Positions 26,833 through 35,463 of a DNA stretch of 64,000 bases are shown here, piece after piece (the first letter of the stretch is position 1; each line of letters starts with the position of its first letter). Under the pieces are notes generated by a model that was not told where the DNA came from, did no database searches, and saw only the letters and a list, made by a program, of their open reading frames with translations. This DNA comes from a virus (taxonomy: Duplodnaviria > Caudoviricetes), in the IMG/VR virus record IMGVR_UViG_2920580016_000002, positions 1 through 64,000 of that record; one strand, given 5' to 3'. Made by a program: the position numbers and the translations under genes.

Positions 26833-27182
26833 CAGGCGTCACCTCCGGCGCTCGTGACGAGCTTGGTGTCCACCGGGAGACCCCACTCGGCGGCGACCAG
26901 CTCCCGAGCAGCAGCGTCGGAGAAGTCGGTCAGACGGCGGCGCAAACCGGCAGACTCACCACGGAGGTACGCGGCCTCCGCGTCGGCCTTGTACTCCGGA
27001 GTCATCTGGAGCTGCTCAGCTCGTGCCCGCCAGCGACCGGTCTCCCTCTTGGCGGCCTCAGCCTCGCGGTAGGCGTTGTCACGATCGCGGTAGGCGGTGT
27101 CGCGAGCACCCTGAGCAATGGCCAGGTCGTAGCGCAGATCATCCACGATCCGTTCGTGCTTCGATTTCCTAATGAACCACAT
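26832..27182 (-). CDS. hypothetical coiled-coil protein
   Basis: TGATG overlap, AGGAG RBS. Confidence 0.65.
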   Translation of the reverse strand: MWFIRKSKHERIVDDLRYDLAIAQGARDTAYRDRDNAYREAEAAKRETGRWRARAEQLQMTPEYKADAEAAYLRGESAGLRRRLTDFSDAAARELVAAEWGLPVDTKLVTSAGGDA

Positions 27183-27191
27183 ATCTTGCTC

Positions 27192-27683
27192 CTATTCGTT
27201 GTAGTCGTAATACTTGGCCTTGTTGCGCCGCTGCTCGACGATCTGGTGGTAAGGGCAGAAATTGCAGAGGAAGGTGTTGGGCCGGTTCTTGTAGTCGAGC
27301 CCGGCTTCCTTGCGCTCAGCTCGGGTGTCCGGCAGAAGGCGCTTGCGGTCTGACATGTAGTCGCCGCAGTTCTTCGTCCTGTTGTGCTCTTTCCAGCACT
27401 TGCCAGCGTCTTCCTGGAAGGTGTTCTTCGAGTCGTAGAAGTGGTTGCCGAGACCCTCAGCGGTCCGGGCGTCGATTTGCTGGATGATCTGCTGGCGGAT
27501 CTGCGGATCGGCCCAGTGCTCCTCCTTGATGTCCCGAATCAGCAGCCCGCCACCGTGCTCAGCACCCGACGGGAAACGGTGGCGGGAAACGAGGACATCA
27601 AGGAGATGGTCACCCTCAACGGGGCCTTCGTAGTCCGGCAGCTCCTCCATGGAGCCGCATGTGCCGCAAAGCAGTAGACGCAT
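27192..27683 (-). CDS. conserved phage hypothetical protein with Cys motifs
   Basis: C..C, C..H..C and LC.FC. Confidence 0.65.
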   Translation of the reverse strand: MRLLLCGTCGSMEELPDYEGPVEGDHLLDVLVSRHRFPSGAEHGGGLLIRDIKEEHWADPQIRQQIIQQIDARTAEGLGNHFYDSKNTFQEDAGKCWKEHNRTKNCGDYMSDRKRLLPDTRAERKEAGLDYKNRPNTFLCNFCPYHQIVEQRRNKAKYYDYNE

Positions 27684-27703
27684 AGTGGTTCGGGTATTCC
27701 TTC

Positions 27704-28522
27704 TCAGGTGATGGGGGCGGTCCAGAAGAGGGGCCAGGTACGGGCACCAACGAGGCCGTCTGCCTTGACGCCCTTATCCGCCTGGAAGTCCATGACGATG
27801 GCCTTGGTCTGGGGGCCGAATTCGCCGTCAACGGTGATCTTCCAGCCGCGTTCCTTCAGCCGGGACTGGAGAAGCCGGATGTTCTTCTTGTCCACGGGCG
27901 TGGTGCCAGCGTGACATTCCGGAATGGCGGACTTGATGCCGAAATAGTGGCCGGAGGGAAGCGGAAACTTTGGCGCGGTCTTGACGCTCGGCTTGTCATC
28001 CTTCGCAGGCTCGGGCTCGACCTGGCCGGGCTCCGCGTACGAGGGGTAGCCGAAGCCAACGATGTTTCGGTAGCTGCGGTAGAGCTTCCTGAAGCCGTTG
28101 CTGACGTTGCCCTCATAGGTGATGAGCAGGCCGTCAGAGGTCCTACCGGCGACGACGCCGACGTGGTCAATGGCGGAGATGCCCTTGCTCGCGCCCCAGT
28201 CGAAATAGACGAAGGCACCCTTCCGGGCCTGGGTGCCGAAACGGCCCTTCTTGGCGAACCACTGGGCATGCCACACGGTGTAGGCGAAACATCCGGCCTG
28301 CTTGAGGGCGTTCTCTGCGACCTGCTCGCCGCCCTTACGCCTGCCCGCCTCGTAGGCGATCCACGCGAGGCTCATGTCACACCAGGCGGCGGCGTCGAAG
28401 GCAGCGTTCGCGACGCGGTCCCCGTACCACTTGCCGTACTTAGTGACGCCGCCCTTACCTTCGGTCGTGCCGATCTGCTCCTTGGCCACGGCCAGGAATT
28501 CGGCGGAGCTGATGCCGATCAA
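27704..28522 (-). CDS. endolysin, CHAP catalytic domain + C-terminal PG_binding_1 domain
   Basis: AWCDM and DHVGVV/EGN catalytic motifs; LQSRL...VDG.FGP.T...V..FQ...ADG.VG..TW. Confidence 0.9.
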   Translation of the reverse strand: MIGISSAEFLAVAKEQIGTTEGKGGVTKYGKWYGDRVANAAFDAAAWCDMSLAWIAYEAGRRKGGEQVAENALKQAGCFAYTVWHAQWFAKKGRFGTQARKGAFVYFDWGASKGISAIDHVGVVAGRTSDGLLITYEGNVSNGFRKLYRSYRNIVGFGYPSYAEPGQVEPEPAKDDKPSVKTAPKFPLPSGHYFGIKSAIPECHAGTTPVDKKNIRLLQSRLKERGWKITVDGEFGPQTKAIVMDFQADKGVKADGLVGARTWPLFWTAPIT

Positions 28523-28671
28523 TGCCGGTACTCCTCAACCCACTCAGGAAGCTCCAGCTCGTCCACGATGTGGATGGCCGGGTCGCGGTCGTGCTCGGTC
28601 AGGCCAGCGCCGTGCTTCGGCCGGACGGGGACGGGTTCCATGGGTGCTCCTTATCCCGGTTAGATAGACGG

Positions 28672-28827
28672 TCAGCGGACGCCGTAGCTGCGCCGGTAAG
28701 CGCGGAACTCGATGGCAGTGGGCGCGGAAACGGCACCATCGCGATTCGGCGTCGGGTCGTACTCAGCGCCCTCGCGCACGCCCTTAGCGAGGCTGGCGTT
28801 CATGGATCGCGGCTGCGGATAAGCCAT
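28672..28827 (-). CDS. small hypothetical protein
   Basis: GAGGA RBS before MAYPQPRS. Confidence 0.55.
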   Translation of the reverse strand: MAYPQPRSMNASLAKGVREGAEYDPTPNRDGAVSAPTAIEFRAYRRSYGVR

Positions 28828-28902
28828 GTCCGGTCCTCTTCCATTGCTGACGATGAAACGTACAAGCAATAGGTTATGGGGAGGAACCGGACTTTTTATA
28901 AT

Positions 28903-29409
28903 TCAGCCGAGACGCCAGCTCGGGAGAAACTCGGCCAGCCGGTGAGAGGTGTACTGACTGGTCGAGAACTTGTCTTCCTTCTTGCGCATTTCCACGGGGC
29001 CGAGAACTTCCGTCTTCCCGTTATTCACGAGGTGCTCTTCCGGTGCTCCCTTCGGAGCCCACTTCTTCCCCTGTGCCTGGTGTTCGAGCGACGTCGCCAT
29101 ATTGAAGTCGCTCGGCCAGTCGTAATCGTCAGGCGAGATCCGGATACCGGCATGAACACCAGTCGGCCCAGGCCGCGAGTTGATCTTCAGCTTGACGCGG
29201 TCGAGCAGCCGGTCACCACGCCTGGACGGCACGTTGCCCAGATAGCCGTCCGGGTACTGGGCCTCCGGCGTACGCGGATCGTCACCACTCCGGCGCGCGT
29301 CCAGGACGTCCCGCCAGTTGACGGGCAGGCTCCCGCCTCCGCCTGTGGCCAGAGCCTCACTCTGGCCCTGCGGGACGTACCAGGAGTTAGCGGAGTACTG
29401 GCGGGCCAT
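28903..29409 (-). CDS. conserved phage hypothetical protein
   Basis: P.AQYPDGYLG motif; overlapping packing. Confidence 0.65.
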   Translation of the reverse strand: MARQYSANSWYVPQGQSEALATGGGGSLPVNWRDVLDARRSGDDPRTPEAQYPDGYLGNVPSRRGDRLLDRVKLKINSRPGPTGVHAGIRISPDDYDWPSDFNMATSLEHQAQGKKWAPKGAPEEHLVNNGKTEVLGPVEMRKKEDKFSTSQYTSHRLAEFLPSWRLG

Positions 29410-29684
29410 CAGATCCAGATCGATCGCTGCTCGGTCTGCTGCGGCTGTTCAGGCTGTCCGCCGTTGCCGCCCAGGCTGCTGACGCCGCTGACGATGTTGC
29501 TGGTAGCCGAATTCGCGAACTCGCCGACGCGAGAAGCGGTTCCGGCCGACGCGCCCATGCGGGTAGCGCCGCTGGCAGCCGTACGCGCGACTGCGCCACC
29601 GGCAGCACTGGCAACACCGCCAGCCTCACCAGCCAGCATGGGCAGCACACGAGAGGCGATTGCTGCGATTGCGGGAAGCGGCAT
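29409..29684 (-). CDS. Ala/Gly-rich hypothetical protein
   Basis: TAATG overlap. Confidence 0.55.
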   Translation of the reverse strand: MPLPAIAAIASRVLPMLAGEAGGVASAAGGAVARTAASGATRMGASAGTASRVGEFANSATSNIVSGVSSLGGNGGQPEQPQQTEQRSIWI

Positions 29685-30019
29685 TACATCCCCTGCCCGT
29701 ACTGGCGCTTCGCCCAGAAGTCGCGGTTGCCGACGGCCGACCGGACGATCCGGGTGTTACGCAGGTTTGCCGACTCGGCCGGGTCGTTGCCGACGACCAT
29801 CTGAGCACGCGGAGCGTAGGTCGCGCCGTGACGCTCGTGGGTCTGACGCCGGACGCCCTCACTCAGCGCGGCCTCGATCATGCCGCCCTTGGCATTACCG
29901 GACTTCCGAACGGGCTTGGTGTACGAGGACGGAGCGCCGGAGACGTTGCGGACGTTGGCCGCCTCCGTACCCATGGTCGGGAACTTGGTCGTGGTCTTGT
30001 CACCCACGATTTCCTCCAA
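29684..30019 (-). CDS. hypothetical protein (possible virion protein)
   Basis: Packed ORF; start uncertain. Confidence 0.55.
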   Translation of the reverse strand: MEEIVGDKTTTKFPTMGTEAANVRNVSGAPSSYTKPVRKSGNAKGGMIEAALSEGVRRQTHERHGATYAPRAQMVVGNDPAESANLRNTRIVRSAVGNRDFWAKRQYGQGM

Positions 30020-30024
30020 AACGG

Positions 30025-30207
30025 TTATTGGAACCAGAGCAGCTTTTGATACGTGGACTCTGATACGCCGTTTCTAGAGGGAAGCACTTGGCCCGGCAGG
30101 AGCCTGTTTCTCTCCGATTCCCCGAATCCCAGAGTGCTGGGCTGGATCTGCTCCAGCACCGAAGTAGGCCGGTAGCCACCCTGATAAGGGCGCGTGCCAG
30201 ACGACAT
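30025..30207 (-). CDS. small hypothetical protein (MSSGTRPYQGGY...)
   Basis: Fills the gap between SpoVS and the next ORF. Confidence 0.45.
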   Translation of the reverse strand: MSSGTRPYQGGYRPTSVLEQIQPSTLGFGESERNRLLPGQVLPSRNGVSESTYQKLLWFQ

Positions 30208-30279
30208 GGCCGAAGATGCGAAGGCTTCGGTTCTGTTCTCCACTGCGCTCCTTAGCAACGGGTCTCTATCAGCCTACGG

Positions 30280-30573
30280 TCAATCGACGAGAATCTTGTA
30301 AACCAGCGCACTGACCTTGCCGTCCGCCATTTCTACCGTCGTGAAGCCGATCCTCGCGGCCAGCGTGATGCCGCGCGAGCCGACGTACGACTGAGCGATG
30401 GCGATACCCTTCGAGGTCTGATTCACCGCACCCGCCCCAATGGCTCGAAGGCTGACCTGCTTGCCGTTGTAGATGGCGTGGGCGATGGCGCTCGCAAGCT
30501 TCGCAGCGTCGCTGCTGGCAGACACGCGGAGCAGCACCGACTTGTCGTCATTCTCTTCAATCTCGGAAACCAT
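30280..30573 (-). CDS. spoVS: stage V sporulation protein S-like (Alba fold)
   Basis: LLRVSASS....LASAIAH......V.LRAIGAGAVNQ..K.IAIA..Y, essentially the SpoVS consensus. Confidence 0.88.
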   Translation of the reverse strand: MVSEIEENDDKSVLLRVSASSDAAKLASAIAHAIYNGKQVSLRAIGAGAVNQTSKGIAIAQSYVGSRGITLAARIGFTTVEMADGKVSALVYKILVD

Positions 30574-30651
30574 GTGTTTCTCCTTTTCGGGTTTCCCAAT
30601 CTGAGCCGTCTGTTTCAGATTAGGGAAAAGGAGCGCAAGGTTTATAACGAG

Positions 30652-30684
30652 AAAAGCCCCCGCCCGCTCAAGCGGGTCGGGGGC
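30652..30684 (-). terminator. intrinsic terminator ending the ruvC-containing transcript
   Basis: Minus strand GCCCCCGACCCGC-TTGA-GCGGGCGGGGGC-TTTT. Confidence 0.75.
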
Positions 30685-30694
30685 CTCTCCCAGG

Positions 30695-30717
30695 GATCAC
30701 CAACACACACAGAAAGG
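30695..30717 (-). ncRNA. candidate 3'-UTR sRNA seed antisense to the early-gene leader
   Basis: Minus RNA CCUUUCUGUGUGUGUUGGUGAUC is complementary at 22/23 nt to the leader at 14132-14154 and to the shared CACACAGAAAGG core. Confidence 0.45.
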
Positions 30718-30750
30718 AAAGTGCATGACTCCAGTCCGATCTGTGTCCTA

Positions 30751-31299
30751 TTATGCCACACGTTCTGTGTGTAGCACTACCTCCTTGATTGCCCGAATTT
30801 CGTGGAGGCGGGCGTCAGAGCCGTATCCCTCGGTGAGATACTTAGCCATTCTGGCGAGAGTGTAGGAGTCGGCCTCGTTGTCGTTCTTGCACTCGATTCC
30901 CCACCTTTCCTTCACGCCGTCGATCACCTCCTGTTTGCTGGCGTTCCCCTTTCCGGAAGCAAAGAGTTTGACCTTGGTCGGAGCGATGATCGTGGGGTAG
31001 CAGGCTGGCTCGGGAAGGTGCCAGCGCAGTACCCGCTTTACCGCGTAGGCGAGAGATCCGGCCTCTTCCCGCCGGTTCTGGGAGTCGCGCGAGAATCCCT
31101 CCATCGCCACGTGAACCGGATACTCCGGCAGCAGACAGATCTGCTCCCCCAACCACCGTTCAACGTGCATGAGCCGGTCCACGCCCTTGCCGTACTTGGT
31201 CGCGGTGAATTTCACCACGGAGATATCGGCGTAGCCGTCGTACAGTCGCGTCAGGCCGAAGCCACCAAAGGACTGGTCGATCCCCAAAAAGAGGCTCAC
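30751..31299 (-). CDS. ruvC: RuvC-like Holliday junction resolvase
   Basis: FLGIDQS, hAMEG, PTKVKLFASGKGNASK and DNEADS motifs. Confidence 0.85.
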   Translation of the reverse strand: MSLFLGIDQSFGGFGLTRLYDGYADISVVKFTATKYGKGVDRLMHVERWLGEQICLLPEYPVHVAMEGFSRDSQNRREEAGSLAYAVKRVLRWHLPEPACYPTIIAPTKVKLFASGKGNASKQEVIDGVKERWGIECKNDNEADSYTLARMAKYLTEGYGSDARLHEIRAIKEVVLHTERVA

Positions 31300-31901
31300 C
31301 AGGTCTCCACCAGCTCGGCCAGCTCACGCACCTTGAGCGGCATGTCGGACAGGTCAGTGGCCGAGAGGTCGAGCAGGTGGTCTTCCGTCCCTGGCGAGAA
31401 GTACTCGCTAACGTGATCGTTGACGGGTCCTACGCCATCGCGATGAACGCGAACCACCTTGAACTGACCGCGAAGCATGTGGACACGATCGCTCAGGGCC
31501 TTTGCCTCGTGGAGGAAGCGCACGTCGGAGATCACCACCCGCCCCGAGTTCGGGAGCTGCTCAAGTACCTGGCCAACCCAGACATACGGGTTGATCAGGC
31601 TCTTGACGGCCTCCCCGGTGACCTGGAGCAAACGACGGACCTCCGGGAACTTGCGCTTGGCGTCGTCCCATCCGAGATCCTCTACAAGATCGCTCACACG
31701 GCGGCAGGACCAGTCGAGCGGCACTCCACGGGTGTCCTCGAAGCCGGGAGCATCAATGATGGGGTCGATCTCCAGCAACAGCTCTTTGAGCCGGTCGGCG
31801 AAGGCAAACTTCCTGTAGCCGTGCTCACGGACCAGAAGGTCGGCTACCGTGTCCTTCCCCGCGCCCGCGTATCCGCTCAGGCCGATAATCCGGAGACTCA
31901 C
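31296..31901 (-). CDS. deoxynucleoside monophosphate kinase
   Basis: IIGLSGYAGAGKDT P-loop, FAFADRLK, RRLLQ..G and VVISDVRF..E. Confidence 0.88.
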   Translation of the reverse strand: MSLRIIGLSGYAGAGKDTVADLLVREHGYRKFAFADRLKELLLEIDPIIDAPGFEDTRGVPLDWSCRRVSDLVEDLGWDDAKRKFPEVRRLLQVTGEAVKSLINPYVWVGQVLEQLPNSGRVVISDVRFLHEAKALSDRVHMLRGQFKVVRVHRDGVGPVNDHVSEYFSPGTEDHLLDLSATDLSDMPLKVRELAELVETW

Positions 31902-32221
31902 TTCGGCACCTCGTCATCAGGAATGCGCTGAATGCCGAAGTAACCGCTGCGCTTGACGACTCGCCACCACCCGACAACTACGCCCTTCCCGAGATAGATG
32001 TCCGGAAGCATCTTGTCGAAGTCGCTCCAGAACATCGGGAATTTGTGGCCGTTCCGGTCTTCCCAGAGAATCGAGAACGACGACGTCCGCCGGTCATATC
32101 CGGCGTACATCAGAGTCGCCAGGAAAGGCGTGACAGTGCGGCGAGTGATTCCCTGTATCCAGGACGTATCACGCACCATGTTGCCCTTCGAGTCGAAAGG
32201 CACGTCTTCGAGAATCATCAT
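31898..32221 (-). CDS. hypothetical protein
   Basis: Overlapping packing. Confidence 0.65.
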   Translation of the reverse strand: MMILEDVPFDSKGNMVRDTSWIQGITRRTVTPFLATLMYAGYDRRTSSFSILWEDRNGHKFPMFWSDFDKMLPDIYLGKGVVVGWWRVVKRSGYFGIQRIPDDEVPK

Positions 32222-32550
32222 CAGCCGCCCGAACCTCCGCGTCCGCCGCCACCGAATCCGCCCCGAGAAATAACCGTTCCGGAACGGGTAGAGATGTTGG
32301 CGTTCGACGGCCGGATGGTGGTTCCGCCACGGACATATCCGCCATGGCTGGAGCCGCCGTAGATGTAGTAGAAAGCGCTGTGGCCTCTGTCGCAGTTCTC
32401 GTCAGCCACGATTCGATGCGTACCGTCCGGCTGCGGGGTACGTTCTACGCAGTCGGCGACCACGTCAGGTCCGGACGAGCAGGCCGTCATCACCAGGGCG
32501 GCAATGGTGGCGATGCTCGCGAGTTCGATCTTCTTGGAGGACTTTTTCAT
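32221..32550 (-). CDS. lipoprotein with Gly-rich RGGFGG tail
   Basis: Signal peptide and lipobox LVMTA-C; two further Cys; RGGFGGGG end. Confidence 0.7.
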   Translation of the reverse strand: MKKSSKKIELASIATIAALVMTACSSGPDVVADCVERTPQPDGTHRIVADENCDRGHSAFYYIYGGSSHGGYVRGGTTIRPSNANISTRSGTVISRGGFGGGGRGGSGG

Positions 32551-32897
32551 TCGCCCGACTTTCTGGAACGCGGCCCCGGTCCCTGTGCTCGCACAGCGAG
32601 TTGACGGAGCTTAATTTCAGCCTGGTCAGGGTGCGTTCTCATGACACTCCTGAAGTCATCGCTGAGCACGCACGCCACCAGATCGTTGATGGCCTTGCTC
32701 TGGCGCACCAGCTCCGGAGCGACCTCGCGCATGACCAGGTAGAAGGTGAGGTCTCGGCCGTATTCGTCGTCGGTCAGGCGCAGGCCGTCAGGGAAGCGCC
32801 TGGCGGTGAACTCCGGGTCTCCCGGCTTGCCGGGCCAGAAGTCCTGGACAACCTCATCCGCCAGCTTCTCCAGGTAATTGAGCGTCTCAGCGTTCAC
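32547..32897 (-). CDS. hypothetical protein
   Basis: Overlapping packing. Confidence 0.6.
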   Translation of the reverse strand: MNAETLNYLEKLADEVVQDFWPGKPGDPEFTARRFPDGLRLTDDEYGRDLTFYLVMREVAPELVRQSKAINDLVACVLSDDFRSVMRTHPDQAEIKLRQLAVRAQGPGPRSRKSGE

Positions 32898-33562
32898 GCC
32901 GCCTCCAACAGCAGGTTCTTGGCGCGGACCATGAGATTGGCCGCCTTGGCTTCCCAGCTCTGGTCACCGCTCGACCGCAGCCATTCGCCGGAGGCCAGCT
33001 CCACGAGCAGGTCCAGCGTCGGCCGGTTCAGCTCGGCCTCGTACTGGGTGAGGAAGTCGCCGATCTCCTTGTTCCAGCGGGCGTCGTACAGCGCGTGGTG
33101 GACGATGCCCTGCTGGTCGGGGAGCTTCGGCCTTCCGAGCCTGCGGGCCTCCGTCATCAGGTCGTTCGTATACATGGGGACGTGCTTGGGAAGCTCCGCC
33201 ATCGGCCCGAAAATCTGGGCCAGGCCGACGTGATCGTAAGCGCCGAAGTAGGCGAACAGCTCCGGGTGCGGCGTGTCGGCAACGAACTTGGAGACAGCCT
33301 CACGCATCTGGCTCTGGTACAGGACCTTGGACATGTCCTGGTGCTGGAAGTCCCAGCACTCCCAGCCGTCGGCCTCGGTCAGGCGCACTGGCAGGTGCGG
33401 GGCGACGTGCTCACGCAGGAACGCGTGCTCCTGGAGCGCGGTGTACGGCAGTTCTGCGCTGATCGCGTACAGTTCACGCCCATCGTCAGCGACCATGCCG
33501 ATCGAGATCAGGTCGATCACGCGGCCGGAGTCGTAGAACTCCAGGTCGTAGTAGATCCTCAC
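32894..33562 (-). CDS. DEDDh 3'-5' exoribonuclease (Rv2179c/RNase AS-like)
   Basis: YDLEF...LISIGMV, AYDHV and HHAL.DARW motifs. Confidence 0.88.
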   Translation of the reverse strand: MRIYYDLEFYDSGRVIDLISIGMVADDGRELYAISAELPYTALQEHAFLREHVAPHLPVRLTEADGWECWDFQHQDMSKVLYQSQMREAVSKFVADTPHPELFAYFGAYDHVGLAQIFGPMAELPKHVPMYTNDLMTEARRLGRPKLPDQQGIVHHALYDARWNKEIGDFLTQYEAELNRPTLDLLVELASGEWLRSSGDQSWEAKAANLMVRAKNLLLEAA

Positions 33563-33849
33563 GCGTCCTCTCCCTCTTTGGTAGACGCGTCCTGCGGGAG
33601 GATGAAGCGGTCAGTGACGTCCACCCAGCCGGAAAGGCCGTAGTGGATCCCCGTCCATGTGGCGTACACCTTCGTCCTTTCCAGCTCGGCGTCCGACATG
33701 GCGTTGAGACGCTGGGTGAGGTGACCCTTGGTGGTGTAGGGCCGGTCGCGGTTGCTGCCAACGAGCAGGTAGATGGTCTTGGGGAGCTTCTCGTCCACGA
33801 TGCGCGGGGAGCGGTCGAAGGGCGGGACGTCGAGAACGGTGTCAGACAC
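33559..33849 (-). CDS. hypothetical protein
   Basis: GTG 33849 start, overlapping stop. Confidence 0.55.
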   Translation of the reverse strand: MSDTVLDVPPFDRSPRIVDEKLPKTIYLLVGSNRDRPYTTKGHLTQRLNAMSDAELERTKVYATWTGIHYGLSGWVDVTDRFILPQDASTKEGEDA

Positions 33850-33910
33850 AGGGATTCCTTTTAGAGTTCGAGTGAGAGGCCGCGCCGGGCGGCGCGGCCT
33901 GCGGGGGTGG

Positions 33911-34234
33911 TCAGCCAACGACGGTGAGGTTCTCGATCCGAGAGATGGTCACGGTGTCGGCCTGGTAGTACCGACCGTTGCCACGCGAGCGACGCTCCGG
34001 CTTGACGGTGACCTTGGTGACCGTCTTGTCGCTCTCCCAGGACCAGCCCTTCCGGGTGACGATCTTCGTGACCTCACCTTCGACCATGGAGTAGGAGGAT
34101 CCGTACTCGGAGGCGTAGAGGACCTTGCTGCCGACGGTGATGTCCCTACCGCGCCAGTCCTTGATCACGATGTTCACTTCGACGGTGGGCTCAGCAGCAG
34201 GGGGAGTGAGGTAGGAAGGCAGGAAGCTGTTCAT
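33911..34234 (-). CDS. hypothetical protein, SH3/KOW-like
   Basis: KDWRGRDITVGSKVLY..GEV; GGAG RBS. Confidence 0.6.
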   Translation of the reverse strand: MNSFLPSYLTPPAAEPTVEVNIVIKDWRGRDITVGSKVLYASEYGSSYSMVEGEVTKIVTRKGWSWESDKTVTKVTVKPERRSRGNGRYYQADTVTISRIENLTVVG

Positions 34235-34245
34235 TTCAGTTCTCC

Positions 34246-34935
34246 TTAGATGAGGTCCGCGAAGGCGGCCGAGTCGATTTCGGACAGGACAGTGAGCGCC
34301 ATACGCGCGAATTGCTGAATTTCGGCGTCGGCAGCGGGAGCGATGCGACGCTGGATGACCTCGCGCCAGGCCCGGAAATTGCCGGTGACGACCATTTCGA
34401 CGGGCGTCATGTTCGGCAGGACGGCGCGGGCGGCTTCGCGCGCCTGCTTGCGCTTGAGGCCCTTGGAGATGAGTTCTGTGGCGAGGGAGTTGTACCAGCT
34501 CAGCATTTCCTCATAGCGAGCGGTAAGGGCCATGACCAGCTCGTGATCCCCGGCGATAGCGGGCGGAATGACCGGCTTGTCATCCGGCGCGCAGTAGCGC
34601 TGGCTGATGACGCTGAAGGACAGGTGCCGGTGTCTGGTGATCTCCGCCAGGAAGGCCCTGGAGACGTCCTGCACGTACAGCGTGGCGGAGGAGTGCTCCA
34701 GGATGGACAGGTGTCCCTGGGCGATGATGTGGGCGACGTAGTCGGCGTTCTTCTGCGTCGCCGGGTTCTTCTTCTCCCAGCTCTGGTAGCACAACCTTCC
34801 CGCGAATTCCGTCAGGGATTCGGTGTGGCCTGGCCAGCCGCCATCCGGCTTAGGATCGACTGGCAAGTACTTGAGCTTCTCATCCACGACCCTCCCGCCG
34901 TTGAGGCGAGTGGAGGCAATTACAGTGACTTCCAA
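34246..34935 (-). CDS. thyX: FAD-dependent thymidylate synthase
   Basis: AGR.CY.S, H.S.LEH, RHRHLSFS..SQRY, AREAAR.VLPN, GNFRAW and EIQ motifs. Confidence 0.95.
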   Translation of the reverse strand: MEVTVIASTRLNGGRVVDEKLKYLPVDPKPDGGWPGHTESLTEFAGRLCYQSWEKKNPATQKNADYVAHIIAQGHLSILEHSSATLYVQDVSRAFLAEITRHRHLSFSVISQRYCAPDDKPVIPPAIAGDHELVMALTARYEEMLSWYNSLATELISKGLKRKQAREAARAVLPNMTPVEMVVTGNFRAWREVIQRRIAPAADAEIQQFARMALTVLSEIDSAAFADLI

Positions 34936-34947
34936 ATTGTGCTCCGG

Positions 34948-35463
34948 TTAGTTGTTCCAGCGATTGTTTCTGGCCTCGCGATCGGCGCGGCCGGTCCTTC
35001 TGGTGAGTTCGCGGGAGACGAGGAAGACATCCCTTTCCAGGGCCTCGTAAACGGTCTCCGTGAGTTTCCGAACGGCGTAGGCGTTGGTCACGACCTGGCG
35101 GGCCTCTACAACGTCGGGGTCTTCATCGGCGGCGGCTTTTGCGGCGGAGACTGATTTCGCGGCTTTGCCGCTGATGAGAACCCGAGCCCGGCGCACGTCC
35201 AGCTCTGCCTCCGCGTCCTTCTCATCGATCGCCGCCAGACTGAGTTGGCCTCCGGCGTAGGCGACCCATGCGTTGAGCAGGGCGAACAGCTCCATCAGCT
35301 CGGCGTCCGCCAGCTCCGTCAGGTCCTTCGGCAGTCGCGGCCGGGACTCGTCGGGCTGCTCGGGCAGCTCCAGTCCGGCGGCTTCCAGCGCGAGCGTTGC
35401 TGCGCGACTTGCTTGGCTGGTCGGCTTCGTCTCGGACGTCTTGGTTCTGCTGATTCGGCGCAA
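34948..35463 (-). CDS. helical hypothetical protein
   Basis: GGAG RBS before TTG 35463; track start is 35562; start uncertain. Confidence 0.6.
   Translation of the reverse strand: MRRISRTKTSETKPTSQASRAATLALEAAGLELPEQPDESRPRLPKDLTELADAELMELFALLNAWVAYAGGQLSLAAIDEKDAEAELDVRRARVLISGKAAKSVSAAKAAADEDPDVVEARQVVTNAYAVRKLTETVYEALERDVFLVSRELTRRTGRADREARNNRWNN

Noticed and set aside
30725-30865. 46-aa plus-strand ORF after the AGAAAGG at 30711
   Set aside because: Mostly antisense to ruvC with no protein-like features; not listed as a CDS, kept as an alternative explanation
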